A DNA stretch of 64,000 nt from an uncultured Acidobacteriota bacterium (GCA_963764715.1 CAVXTP010000026.1:1-64000), one strand, 5' to 3'; shown: positions 1 to 9,587, numbered from the stretch's first letter. A program made the numbers and translations. Notes: generated from the letters alone by a model not told the origin.

Positions 1-1215
1 ATAGATGGCCAGGTCCTCCGCCGGGAGCTTCACCGGCCGGATCGGCTCGATCTGGAACCCGTCCCAGAAATACACCGCCGCGATCGCCCGCAGGATCTCC
101 GGCATGAGCTTCGTCCCGTTGTCGGAGTTGGTCATGATGACGGCGCCGTAGCCGCGATTGGCGCTCGCATAGAGCTGCGCCTGGAACCCCTCGTCGGCGC
201 CGCCGTGCGAGATGTACTGCGCCCGTCCCTTGTCCTCGACGAAGAGCCCCAGGGCGTATCCCTCGAGGCGCGGCGTGATCATGTTCTGCGCCATCGCCTT
301 GTCGAGCGGGCCCTTGCCGCCCGCGAGCATCTTCTGCAGGCCGATCGCGAAACGCGCCAGGTCCGACGGGTTGGTCCAGAGCCCGGCCGCCGCCATCTCG
401 GGGTAGACGTGGCGCTTGCCCGGGATGGGCTTGCCCTCGGCGTCGTAGCCCGCGGCCGCCTCCGGGAGGCGCGCCGCCGGCAGCGGCTGGTCGTAGGTGC
501 TCGCCTTCATGCCGAGCGGGCCGAGGACGAGCCTCTGCATCAGGGCCGGGAACGGCTGCCCCGTGACGTCCGTCATCGCGAGCTGCGCGATCGTGTAGCC
601 GCCGCCCGAGTAGCGGTACCGGGCTCCCGGATCGAGGTCGACGCGCACCGGAGCCGTGTTCGCGGGCGCCGCGCCGTCGAGGACCTGCGGCACCGTCGGC
701 ACCGCCGCTCCGTCCGCGTACCCCGGAAATCCGTGCACGGTCAGCCCCGCGGTGTGCGAGAGGAGCCGCTCGAGCGTCACGGGCGCCTTCGCGGTGTGGG
801 CGTTCGCCGGCACCTTCCAGGATTTCAGGAACTGGTTGATGTCGCCGTTGAGGGTGAGCTTCCCTTCCTGGACGAGGGCGAGGGCGCCCATCGCGGCGAC
901 CGGCTTGCTGATCGAGCCGGCCTGGAAGAGCGTCGCGGCCGTCACCGCCTGTTTGGCCTCGGCGTCGGCCATGCCGTAGCCCTTGGCCCACTCGATCTTC
1001 GAGTCGCGGATGACGGCGATGCTCACGCCCTCGACGTGGTAAAAGCGCATGCGATCGGCGATCGACCACGTCTTGTCGCCTTCGAGCAGGACCGGCGGCC
1101 GAAGGCCGTTCTCGACCTGCGCCATGCGGTCGTCCGGGGGCGGCGCGAGGGCGATCGCGGAGCCGGCGAGAACCGCTCCCGCGATCAGGGGCACGACCAG
1201 GCGGCGATTGAGCAC
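1..1215 (-). CDS. Serine hydrolase, beta-lactamase class C/AmpC-like family; secreted; runs off the window edge
   Basis: Not in ORF track; translated manually. GTG at 1215 after GGAGG; MLNRRLVVPLIAGAVLAG signal; FQAGSISK (SxxK), LLSHTAG, YRYSGGGY, HGG motifs. Confidence 0.9.
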   Translation of the reverse strand, partial: MLNRRLVVPLIAGAVLAGSAIALAPPPDDRMAQVENGLRPPVLLEGDKTWSIADRMRFYHVEGVSIAVIRDSKIEWAKGYGMADAEAKQAVTAATLFQAGSISKPVAAMGALALVQEGKLTLNGDINQFLKSWKVPANAHTAKAPVTLERLLSHTAGLTVHGFPGYADGAAVPTVPQVLDGAAPANTAPVRVDLDPGARYRYSGGGYTIAQLAMTDVTGQPFPALMQRLVLGPLGMKASTYDQPLPAARLPEAAAGYDAEGKPIPGKRHVYPEMAAAGLWTNPSDLARFAIGLQKMLAGGKGPLDKAMAQNMITPRLEGYALGLFVEDKGRAQYISHGGADEGFQAQLYASANRGYGAVIMTNSDNGTKLMPEILRAIAAVYFWDGFQIEPIRPVKLPAEDLAIY

Positions 1216-1257
1216 GGATCCTCCTTCGATCGGCGGCGAGCGCGATCGGCGCGGATT

Positions 1258-2010
1258 CTACAGGGGATCGAAGGTCGCGAGCACCGGGGCGTGGTCGCTC
1301 GTCCCGACTTCCCGCCGGACGACCCCGTCCCGGGCGCTCCTGGCCAGGCCCTCGCTCGCCAGGATGTAGTCGATCCGCCAGCCGATGTTGCGCTGCCGGA
1401 GGTTGCGCCAGGGCGCCCACCACGTGAACAGGGAGTCGTTGTCGGGATCGAGGGCCCGTCCCACGTCGACGAGCCCCTGCCCGATGAGCCGCCGCATCAG
1501 GGCCCGCTCGTCCTCGCGCTGGCCGACGACCCCCGGCTTGAGCTCCTTGGGATGGACGTCGCGGTCGGTCAGCGCGACGTTGAGGTCCCCGCAGAGAACG
1601 AGCTCCCGGCCGCTGTCGCGCACGGCGCCCGCCCAGCTCGCGAGGGCCTCGAGGAAGCGCAGCTTCGCGGCGTAGTCCTTGCCGCCGTTGGGCACGTAGA
1701 CCGACGCGATGAGCCGGCGCCCGACCTCCGCCGTGACGATCCGCGTCTCATGGTCGAAGTCGGGGTGCGCGAAGACGGGACGCTCGGCGCAGAGCTCCCG
1801 GGACAGGTGCAGCGCGACCCCCGAATACCCGCCGGCGCCGTGCCAGTAGCACCAGTAGCCGGCCGACTCGAAGAGCAGCTCCGGGACCTGCTCGGGCTTG
1901 GCCTTGATCTCCTGGAGACAGACGACGTCGGGCCGGTCGCTCGCGAGCCATTCGCGCACCTGCTCCTGACGGGCGCGGATCCCGTTGACGTTCCAGGTCG
2001 CGACCTTCAT
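1258..2010 (-). CDS. xth: Exodeoxyribonuclease III / AP endonuclease
   Basis: MKVATWNVNGIRAR, CLQEIK, YVPNG, GDLN, GWRIDY, SDHAP motifs. Confidence 0.95.
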   Translation of the reverse strand: MKVATWNVNGIRARQEQVREWLASDRPDVVCLQEIKAKPEQVPELLFESAGYWCYWHGAGGYSGVALHLSRELCAERPVFAHPDFDHETRIVTAEVGRRLIASVYVPNGGKDYAAKLRFLEALASWAGAVRDSGRELVLCGDLNVALTDRDVHPKELKPGVVGQREDERALMRRLIGQGLVDVGRALDPDNDSLFTWWAPWRNLRQRNIGWRIDYILASEGLARSARDGVVRREVGTSDHAPVLATFDPL

Positions 2011-2264
2011 CGCGGAGCGGGCGTCTGCGCGAGCCTCTCGGTCAGCTCCGCCCGCGCCGCTTCGAGCGCGCTGCGGCGGTCGGGGTTCTCGGTCTTCCCG
2101 AGCAGGTCCTCGATCCGCGCCAGCGAGAGCTCGAGCGAGCGCCGGCGGGCCAGCCGTTCGGCCGCCTCGCGCGACGGCCGCGCCGCAGCCTTCCGGGCCG
2201 CCTCGCGGTCGTGCTCCTTCTCGGCCTCCATGTCCTCTTCGCTCTTACCCCACCCCCGGGCCAT
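2007..2264 (-). CDS. Small charged helical hypothetical protein, coupled to xth
   Basis: 85 aa MARGWGKSEE...; its TGA overlaps the xth ATG (ATGA). Confidence 0.75.
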   Translation of the reverse strand: MARGWGKSEEDMEAEKEHDREAARKAAARPSREAAERLARRRSLELSLARIEDLLGKTENPDRRSALEAARAELTERLAQTPAPR

Positions 2265-2307
2265 GCCTCAACGCTACACCCAACCGGAGTAAGCTGGAAC
2301 GACCCCC

Positions 2308-3372
2308 ATGACCGAATCGCCGACGGCCTTCGGCGCCGACCGCGTCGAGCGGCGGGAAGGCGAAACGATCGTCCTGGTCTGCCCGGTGTCGAGGACCTGG
2401 CAGGGCCGCACGGCGCGCTCGACCGTGCGGCCGGGCCTCCCCGGGACGGCCGTGGCCTGGGCGGAGAGGATCTACGAAGTCCGCGCCGCGGAGCCCCTGC
2501 CGGACGGCGGCGTGCGCTACCGCCTCGCGCCCTGGGAGGAGGGCGAGACGATCCGCCGGTTCGAGCGCTACGACGAGGAGAGCGAGCGCGGGCGCGCCGC
2601 CGCGCTCGCCGACTCGGCCGCGGCGGTCCGCCACCGCCGGCTGTCGATCCTGCTCGCCCCGCTCGCCGGCCTGCTGCCCGGCCCGGTGCAGAAGTCGATG
2701 GAGAGCGAGTTCGGCGCGCCCGCGCTCGGCATGACGGTCGCCTCCGCCCTTCCCCTCTTCGTCGCCGGCTTTCTCGGCATGTTCGATCACATCCTCGGCA
2801 TGGCCGGAGGGTTCGTCGACTGGCCCGGCTGGCTCGCGCCGCCGCTGCCGATCGCGGTCTACCTCTTCGGCGAGTCGGCGCTGCGCCTGGCGAGCGCGAT
2901 CGCCGGACGCGAGCCCATGGGCTCGTTCCCGGTCGTCGTCGCGCACGCCGCCTGGAAGGAGGCGCGGGGCGAGGGCGACGAATCGTCGGGCGCGGCCTGG
3001 GCCGCGCCGACCGACGCGGAGCGCGAGCAGGGGCGTCGGGATCGCTTCTCGCTTCTCGAGCCGATGCTCTCGCTTCTTCCGGCCGCGTCGCAGCGCGAGC
3101 TCGAGGTGCGGTACGGCTTCGACCCGGGCCGCTGGGGCCGCATCACCGCCGGCGTCCTGCTCGCCGTCGGAGGGCTCAACGCGCTCGCCTCCCTCGCCGT
3201 GCTCGCTGCGGGCCGGGGCGACGGATGGGACGCGGCCGGCCTCCTCGCCGGAGGCCTCCTCGCCGCGGAGCAGGTCCGCCGGCTTCGCCTCCTCGCCCGC
3301 AACGAGCCCGCCGGCAGCGTGCTCGGCGCTCTCGTCCGCCCGATGGCGGCGCCGCTCCTCCTCGGGCGCTGA
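2308..3372 (+). CDS. Hypothetical membrane protein with internal repeat
   Basis: Several hydrophobic segments; motif LLP..Q..(M/L)E..(F/Y)G occurs twice. Confidence 0.75.
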   Translation: MTESPTAFGADRVERREGETIVLVCPVSRTWQGRTARSTVRPGLPGTAVAWAERIYEVRAAEPLPDGGVRYRLAPWEEGETIRRFERYDEESERGRAAALADSAAAVRHRRLSILLAPLAGLLPGPVQKSMESEFGAPALGMTVASALPLFVAGFLGMFDHILGMAGGFVDWPGWLAPPLPIAVYLFGESALRLASAIAGREPMGSFPVVVAHAAWKEARGEGDESSGAAWAAPTDAEREQGRRDRFSLLEPMLSLLPAASQRELEVRYGFDPGRWGRITAGVLLAVGGLNALASLAVLAAGRGDGWDAAGLLAGGLLAAEQVRRLRLLARNEPAGSVLGALVRPMAAPLLLGR

Positions 3373-3472
3373 CGCCGCCGCCGGCGATTCCGAGAAGTTC
3401 CCGAGAACGTGCACGCGCCCTCGCGCCCGCGGCGGACGTTTTGCTAACCTGCCCTGCGCGAGGAGGTGCCGG

Positions 3473-3934
3473 ATGACTCGAGCGAAGAGGATCGCGGCCG
3501 CATGGATCGTCGCCGCTCTCGGGGTGGCCGTCGCGCCGGCGCCGACCGCGGCGCAGACCGACGACAAGGCCGCGGTGAAGGCCGTCGTCGAATCGGCGTA
3601 CGTGCAGGGCGTCCACGTCAAGGGCGACGCGGCGCTGATGCGCGCCGGTTTCCACCCCGACTTCCGGATGCTCGTCCTGCGGGACGGGAAGATGACGGCG
3701 GTCACGCTCGACGAGTGGGCCGGCCGCATCGAGGCGAGGGCGAAGGAGAACCCCAACGCGCCGCCCGCCCCGGTCACGGCCGAGTTCGCGTCGATCGACG
3801 TCACCGGCAACGCCGCGGTCGCGAAGGTCGAGATCTACCGGAGCGGCAAGCACACGTTCACCGACTACCTGTCGCTCTACAGGTTCCCGGACGGCTGGAA
3901 GATCGTCGCGAAGATTTTCCAGGCGCACGCGTAA
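3473..3934 (+). CDS. Secreted NTF2-like (lumazine-binding 2 type) protein
   Basis: GGAGG RBS, signal peptide, GFHPD, IDVTGNAAVAKV, FTDYLSLYR, GWKIVAK. Confidence 0.85.
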   Translation: MTRAKRIAAAWIVAALGVAVAPAPTAAQTDDKAAVKAVVESAYVQGVHVKGDAALMRAGFHPDFRMLVLRDGKMTAVTLDEWAGRIEARAKENPNAPPAPVTAEFASIDVTGNAAVAKVEIYRSGKHTFTDYLSLYRFPDGWKIVAKIFQAHA

Positions 3935-3947
3935 CGCGGCCTCCGGG

Positions 3948-6116
3948 TCAGGGCGCGGGCCTCGCCAGGTCGAGCGCCCTCCAGAGAAAGGCCGTCTGGT
4001 CCGCCCAGGACTCGGCGCTCTGTTCGGCCGTCGCTCCGAAATTGTGGCCGGCGCCCCACATCACCTTCAGAAGGACCGGATTCGCGCAGCCCTGCGCCGC
4101 CTGCATCGCCGCGATGAACTTGTAGGCGTGCAGCGGGACCGCGACCTGGTCGAGGTCCCCCGACATCACGAGGGTCGGCGGATAGCAGGTCCCCGGCTTC
4201 AGGTTGTGGTACGGCGACCACGCGGAGAGGGCCTGGAAGTCTCCGGCGTCGCGCGGGGACCCGAACTCCGGCAGCCAGTAGGACGCCTGGCTGAAGCGAT
4301 CGAAGCGCACGAGGTCGAGGACCGGCCGGTCGATGACCGCGGCCCCGAAGAGGTCCGGACGCTGGATGATCGCCGCCGCGGCCAGCGCCCCGCTGGCGCT
4401 TCCGCCGTTGGCGACGAGCCGCGCGGGAGACGTGTAGCCGCGGGCGACGAGCCACTCCGCCGCGGCGACGTAGTCGTCGATGACGTTCTGCTTCTTTCGC
4501 CGGGCACCCGCCTCGTGCCACGGCTCGCCGTACTCGCCGCCGCCGCGCAGCGACGGTTGCGCGTAAACGCCTCCGCGCTCCAGCCAGTTCAGGACGAACG
4601 GCTGATGCCAGAGGAAGGAGACCCAGCCGAAGGCGCCGTAGCCGTACATGAAGGCCGGGCGGCGCCCGTCCCGCGGGAGCCCCTTGCGGTGAGCCACGAA
4701 CATCGGCACGCGGGTCCCGTCCTTGCTGCGGTAGAACACCTGCTCGACGTCGATCGAGTCCCGGTCGAAGGGCGCCGGGCTCTCGAGGAAGACGGCGTTC
4801 TGCTTCCGCGCGAGGTCGAGGCGGTAGACGGTGCTGACCTCGGTGAGGCCGAGAAACCGGTAGAAGACCTCGGGATCCCGCTGGGTTCCGGAGAAGCCTC
4901 CCCACACGAGGCCGCCGATCGGCAGTTCCGGCTCGAATTCCAGCCGCCCCTCGCGATCGAAGACGCGCAGCTGCGCGCGCCCGTCCTTGAGGTACATCAG
5001 GACGAACCGGTCGCCGAACATGCCGAGCGCATTGCCTCCGACGGCGCTGTTGGCGGCGACGGCCTCGGCCATCTCCGGGACGACCTCCTTCCAGTTCTTC
5101 GGGTCCGGCCGCGTCGAGTCGACGGCGACGACGCGGCCGCGCGGCGCGCCGCGGTCCGTGAAGAACCAGAAGCGCGTGCTCTCGGAGCCGAGGAACGTGT
5201 AGTTCGCGTCGGCCACGGCCATCAGCGGCACCGGCGGCCGCGCGGGAAGAACCGTCTCCTGGACGAGGACGCGGTTCTGGCTGCGGCTTCCGTCGCGGAG
5301 CGTCAGGACGAGATGGCGGCCGTCGTCGCTGACCGTGTATCCGACGAGAAGACCCGGCTCCGGGGGCGGCTCGTAGACGAGGCTTTCCTTCCCGTCGCGG
5401 AGGCCGAAGAAGCGCACCGTCGGACGAATCGGCGTGGCTTTCTCGTCGCCGACTCCCGAGGGCCTCTCGAACCGGGTGAAGTAGAAGCCTCCCCCGTCGC
5501 GCGCCCAGGCGGGCCCGCTCGACACGGTGTGGGTCTCCAGCCGCGGAGTCGGATGCTCCGCGCCGCTCGCCGTCTCGAGGACGAGGATCCTCAGCCAGCG
5601 CGACTGGCCATCGGAGATCGTGCAGGCCACGAAGCGGCCGTCGGGGCTCGGCGCGAAGGCGTTCAACGCGGAATCCGTTCCCGGGAACCGCGAGCGCGGG
5701 TCGAGCAGGAGCCGCGGGGCGCCGGACGGTCCCTCCTGAACCCAGAGGCCGGTCGGCGCCCCGGTCGACGTGATCTTCAGGAGGAAATACAGGCGCCCGG
5801 CCTTCACCGGCGCCAGGAACCGTTCGCCCCCCGAAAGCTCGAGGATCCGCCGGCGCATCGCCTCCCGGTCCGCGACCGGCGCCAGGTAGTCCTTGAGGAG
5901 GGCGTCCTCCGCGCGGATCCACTCTCGGGTCTCGCCGGACTTCGAGTCCTCGAGCCAACGATAGGGATCCGGGACCGCGACGCCGTGAAAGCTCTCGACG
6001 GCCTCGTCCCGCCGCGCCGGCGGGTAGGTCAGTCCGCCGGGCGACGGCGCGCGCGTCTCGAGCAGAAGCCCCAGCAGCAGCGAAGGCGCCCACGCGATCC
6101 AGTGAAATGCGGCCAT
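3948..6116 (-). CDS. Prolyl oligopeptidase family S9A
   Basis: VPDPYRWLED, YRSKDGTRVPM, RGGGEYGEPWH, nucleophile GGSASG, GDLD, GAGH; ATG 6116 after GGAGG preferred to the track start. Confidence 0.92.
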   Translation of the reverse strand: MAAFHWIAWAPSLLLGLLLETRAPSPGGLTYPPARRDEAVESFHGVAVPDPYRWLEDSKSGETREWIRAEDALLKDYLAPVADREAMRRRILELSGGERFLAPVKAGRLYFLLKITSTGAPTGLWVQEGPSGAPRLLLDPRSRFPGTDSALNAFAPSPDGRFVACTISDGQSRWLRILVLETASGAEHPTPRLETHTVSSGPAWARDGGGFYFTRFERPSGVGDEKATPIRPTVRFFGLRDGKESLVYEPPPEPGLLVGYTVSDDGRHLVLTLRDGSRSQNRVLVQETVLPARPPVPLMAVADANYTFLGSESTRFWFFTDRGAPRGRVVAVDSTRPDPKNWKEVVPEMAEAVAANSAVGGNALGMFGDRFVLMYLKDGRAQLRVFDREGRLEFEPELPIGGLVWGGFSGTQRDPEVFYRFLGLTEVSTVYRLDLARKQNAVFLESPAPFDRDSIDVEQVFYRSKDGTRVPMFVAHRKGLPRDGRRPAFMYGYGAFGWVSFLWHQPFVLNWLERGGVYAQPSLRGGGEYGEPWHEAGARRKKQNVIDDYVAAAEWLVARGYTSPARLVANGGSASGALAAAAIIQRPDLFGAAVIDRPVLDLVRFDRFSQASYWLPEFGSPRDAGDFQALSAWSPYHNLKPGTCYPPTLVMSGDLDQVAVPLHAYKFIAAMQAAQGCANPVLLKVMWGAGHNFGATAEQSAESWADQTAFLWRALDLARPAP

Positions 6117-6238
6117 CCGAGCCTCCCGTTCCGCCCCGCCCGACCAGGCGGCGCATCCGGGGGCCACGATAGAGACGAGCGAACGAGCCGTCTTGTACGG
6201 CGTCAACCTCCGCCCAAGGGATCCGTATCACCCTCGAG

Positions 6239-7105
6239 ATGACCCTCCGTCCATGCGGGCCCGCCGACCGGCCCGAGAGCTCCCCGGCGCCGCCCCTGTA
6301 CTTCGGCGGGCGGCTGCGCTCCTCGCAGAGCCACGCCGGCCTGAGGCTCTCGGAGGTGGACTACGGCCGGGCGACGCGCTGGGCGCCCCACACCCACTCT
6401 CGCGCCTTCTTCGCCCTGCTCCTCTCCGGAAGCTACGTCGAGTCCGTGTCCGGGCGCGCGCTCGAGTATCAGCCGCTCGACCTCGGATTCCATCCGGAGG
6501 CCACGCGGCACGCGGACCGGATCGTGGACGACGGCACGAGGTTTCTTCTGGTCGAGGTCGATCCGTCGTGGGTGGGGCGCCTCGCCGAGTGCACCCCCGC
6601 CGTCACGCTCGAGCCGCGGATGTGCGGCGCCCGCAGCGCGGCGCTCGCCGTGCGTCTCTACCGCGAATACCGCTCCGGCGCGCCGGAGACCTCCGCAACG
6701 ATCGAGGGGATCGTGCTGGAGATGCTGGCGGACCTGCGGCCGGCCGGCCCGGCCGACGGGCGCCCGCAGCCGCGCTGGCTGCCGACCGTGCTCGAGATGA
6801 TCCGCAGCGAGCGGCCCGCGGGGCTCTCGCTCGGCCGGATCGCGCGGGAGGTCCGGCTGCACCCCGTCTACCTCTCGCGGAGCTTCCGTCAGCGGACCGG
6901 GCGGAGCGTCTCGGAGTGCCTGATCGACGCGCGGATCCGGTTCGCGGCCCGAAAGCTGGCGAGCCCCGACGCCCCGCTCGCCGAGATCGCGCTCGACGCG
7001 GGTTTCGCCGACCAGAGCCACTTCACGAAAGTCTTCCGGCGGGAGACCGGAATGACGCCCGGCGCGTTCCGCGACTCGCTCGCCTCCCGCGCCCGGCGCG
7101 CCTGA
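6239..7105 (+). CDS. AraC-family transcriptional regulator (cupin + HTH)
   Basis: HTH cupin motif PHTH; HPVYLSRSF and LAEIALDAGFADQSHFTKVFRRETGMTP. Confidence 0.93.
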   Translation: MTLRPCGPADRPESSPAPPLYFGGRLRSSQSHAGLRLSEVDYGRATRWAPHTHSRAFFALLLSGSYVESVSGRALEYQPLDLGFHPEATRHADRIVDDGTRFLLVEVDPSWVGRLAECTPAVTLEPRMCGARSAALAVRLYREYRSGAPETSATIEGIVLEMLADLRPAGPADGRPQPRWLPTVLEMIRSERPAGLSLGRIAREVRLHPVYLSRSFRQRTGRSVSECLIDARIRFAARKLASPDAPLAEIALDAGFADQSHFTKVFRRETGMTPGAFRDSLASRARRA

Positions 7106-7114
7106 GGCGCCGGC

Positions 7115-7309
7115 TCAGTCCCGGTCCGGGCGGCAGCGCCGGCAGGGCCGGAATCCCGCGCGCTCCGCGCCGGACCGCGTCCGGTGGATGCGCACGTTTT
7201 CGGGATGGGGGCGCGCGGCGCAGGACGGGCGGCAGTAGATGCCGGTCGTGGCGACGCCGACGTAGTACCGGCCCGAGGCCGGGCGATCGGGAGGGGCGAT
7301 GGGAATCAC
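7115..7309 (-). CDS. Stand-alone Ada metal-binding (Zn) domain protein
   Basis: VGVATTGIYCRPSC...AERAGFRPCRRCRP; GTG 7309 follows AAGGAG (alternative start 7348). Confidence 0.85.
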   Translation of the reverse strand: MIPIAPPDRPASGRYYVGVATTGIYCRPSCAARPHPENVRIHRTRSGAERAGFRPCRRCRPDRD

Positions 7310-7504
7310 GACGGTCTCCTTCCGACGTTTCGTCTCCGTGAAGAACACCGGCTCGCCACCGGGGGTTGCAGCCCCGGTCGTGTCGTATCACCGAAGTTTC
7401 GACAACGCCATTCGGCGTCGAGACAACCACGGTGGCCCTCGCTCCCGGGCCTTCTTGCATCTTTCGAGCGAAGAGATTGATGTCGTGACTTCGGTTACAG
7501 AACG

Positions 7505-8131
7505 CTAGCTTCGGTGCGCGAGGATGAACGCGGCGGCTTCGGCGATCGCCTCCTCGATGTTGCCGGTCTCCGTCCGGCCGGAGCGGGCCGGGGGCTTGAA
7601 GGAATGGTCGCCCTGCTCGAGCCAGTGGATCCGGATCCCGGGCGACAGGCCGTATCCCGCGACTTCCTCCGGCACGCCGAACGCGTCGCGCGTCCCCTGG
7701 AGCACGAGCGCGGGCGTCCGGAGCGCCTCGAGGTGCCGCGTGCGGAGCTTGGCCGGCTGGCCCGGCGGGTGAAACGGGTACCCGAAGCACACCAGGGCGC
7801 GCGCCCCGACCTCGTCGGCGATCATGCTGGCGATCCGTCCGCCCATCGACTTGCCGCCGATCGCGACCCGCGGCCCGCCGCCGAAGTCCGCGACGGCCTG
7901 CGTCCACCGGGCGCGCAGCACCGGCTCGCGGTCCGGCGCGCCCCGCCGCCCCTCGGAGCGCCGCTTCGCCATGTACGGGAACTCGAAGCGCACGACGCGC
8001 ACCCCGCGCTCGCCGATCCCGGCCGCGACGCGATTCATGAAGCCGGAATCCATCGGCGCGCCGGCGCCGTGGGCGAAGAGAAACGTCGCGTCCCCCTCCG
8101 CCGGCCCGTCGATTCGATAGTCGCCTTGCAC
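7505..8131 (-). CDS. Alpha/beta hydrolase (KANL3/Tex30-like)
   Basis: AHGAGAPMDS, GGKSMGGR, GYPFHPPG, QGTRDAFG, GDHSF. Confidence 0.9.
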   Translation of the reverse strand: MQGDYRIDGPAEGDATFLFAHGAGAPMDSGFMNRVAAGIGERGVRVVRFEFPYMAKRRSEGRRGAPDREPVLRARWTQAVADFGGGPRVAIGGKSMGGRIASMIADEVGARALVCFGYPFHPPGQPAKLRTRHLEALRTPALVLQGTRDAFGVPEEVAGYGLSPGIRIHWLEQGDHSFKPPARSGRTETGNIEEAIAEAAAFILAHRS

Positions 8132-8261
8132 CGTTTGCTCCGTCTCAAGAAACCTTCAGGGTTTCGTTAGAGGGACGTGAATTCGCCCGGCCTCCGGCCC
8201 CGACCATCCTAACTTCACCTCACCGGCCGCCGCTCAACGAGACGGCCGCAAGGAGGTCGAG

Positions 8262-9587
8262 ATGATCGCGACGAGAAAAACAACCCCGGTCCTCATCCTG
8301 GCGCTCACGGTCCTGTTCTCCGCCGCCGCCGCGCTCGCGGCGCCCGGCCCCGGCCGCTGGTCCGGCACCATCGCTTCGGTCTCGGGCGACGACCTGACCC
8401 TCGTCGGCGTCGATGCGCACTTCCGCCTGGCGGGAAGCGTGACCGAGCTCCTCTCCGGGAGGGCCCTGTCCTCGAAGGACCTGGCGCCCGGAAGCGCGGT
8501 GACGCTTCGCATCGGGGCGCGGGAAGCGGACGGCCGTTTCCGGGCGGACGCCGCGGTCGTGGAGCGCAAGGACGCTCTCGCCCTCGAGGGAGAGATCACG
8601 TCGGTCGCGTCCGACGGGCGGAGCATGGAGGTCCTCGGCGTCCGCGTCGAGCTCGACGGCCACACGGCGTTCGGCGGCCGCGGCCAGGGCTCCCTCGTGC
8701 GGTCCGGGGCGGACCTTCGGCCCGGGATGATGGCGAAGGTCTCCCTGACCTCGACGTCGGCCCGTTCGCTGCAGGCCGCGGACGTCCGCATCCGGAGCTC
8801 CAACGGCCGCTCGACGCGGGTCATGTCGGGGCGCTCGCAGGAGCCGGGCGAGGACCAGGAGCTCAAGGGCACGGTCGAGCAGGTTTCCGACGCGGCCTGG
8901 ACGATCGACGGGCACGTGCTCGCCGTCGACGAGGGAACGATCTTCATCGGCGCGCCGGGGCTCGGCGACTTCGTCGAGGCCCGCTTCCACCTCGATTCCA
9001 ACGGCAATCCCGTGGCCGACCGCATCCGCAAGGAAGACGGGACCGGCGACGAGCTCGAGTTCCGGGGCCTCGTCGAGGCGATCGGCGCCTCCTCCTGGAC
9101 GATCTCGGGACGCGTGGTCGGGATCAACGCCCAGACGGTCATCACGGGCAACCCGCAAGTCGGCGACCTCGTCGAGGTCCGCGCCGACCGGGCGCCCGAC
9201 CTCACGCTGACCGCGACCGCCATCCATCGCGAGGATGCCGCGAACGACGAGCAGGAGTTCCGCGGCGTCGTCTCGGCGATCGGGACCTCCTCGTGGACGA
9301 TCGGCGGAGTCGTCGTCCTGGTCGACTCCGCGACCGTCATCCTCGGCGATCCGAAGGTCGGTGACGACGTGGAGGTCCGGGCCAACCGCGCCTCCGACGG
9401 CACGCTGACCGCGACGCGGATCGCGGCCGAAGACGCCGGCGACGACAACGGGGGCGGCTCGGGCGGCGGCAACGACGATCCGCCCGGCGACGACAACGGC
9501 GGAGGCTCGGGCGGGGGCACCGGCGGCGGCAACGACGACCCGCCCGGCGACGACAACGGCGGAGGCTCCGGGCACGGCGGAAACTAG
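8262..9587 (+). CDS. Secreted DUF5666-repeat protein with acidic Gly-rich tail
   Basis: AGGAGG RBS, signal peptide, repeated EF.G.V..I....WTI.G..V...T.I.G.P.VGD.VEV units. Confidence 0.85.
   Translation: MIATRKTTPVLILALTVLFSAAAALAAPGPGRWSGTIASVSGDDLTLVGVDAHFRLAGSVTELLSGRALSSKDLAPGSAVTLRIGAREADGRFRADAAVVERKDALALEGEITSVASDGRSMEVLGVRVELDGHTAFGGRGQGSLVRSGADLRPGMMAKVSLTSTSARSLQAADVRIRSSNGRSTRVMSGRSQEPGEDQELKGTVEQVSDAAWTIDGHVLAVDEGTIFIGAPGLGDFVEARFHLDSNGNPVADRIRKEDGTGDELEFRGLVEAIGASSWTISGRVVGINAQTVITGNPQVGDLVEVRADRAPDLTLTATAIHREDAANDEQEFRGVVSAIGTSSWTIGGVVVLVDSATVILGDPKVGDDVEVRANRASDGTLTATRIAAEDAGDDNGGGSGGGNDDPPGDDNGGGSGGGTGGGNDDPPGDDNGGGSGHGGN
9438..9575 (+). repeat. Coding tandem repeat GDDNGGGSGGG(TGGG)NDDPP, about 2.5 copies
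   Basis: GGCGACGACAACGG occurs three times (9438, 9486, 9546). Confidence 0.85.

Noticed and set aside
205-2292. 695-aa plus-strand ORF
   Set aside because: Antisense shadow of the serine hydrolase and xth; Arg-rich, no motifs
3430-3450. Sigma54-like GG-N10-GC before the NTF2 gene
   Set aside because: Poor -24 match; equally read as an extended -10 TGCTAACCT
7440-7460. AAGGCCCGGGAG resembling the ykkC/guanidine-I 3' motif
   Set aside because: The other conserved elements of that riboswitch are missing
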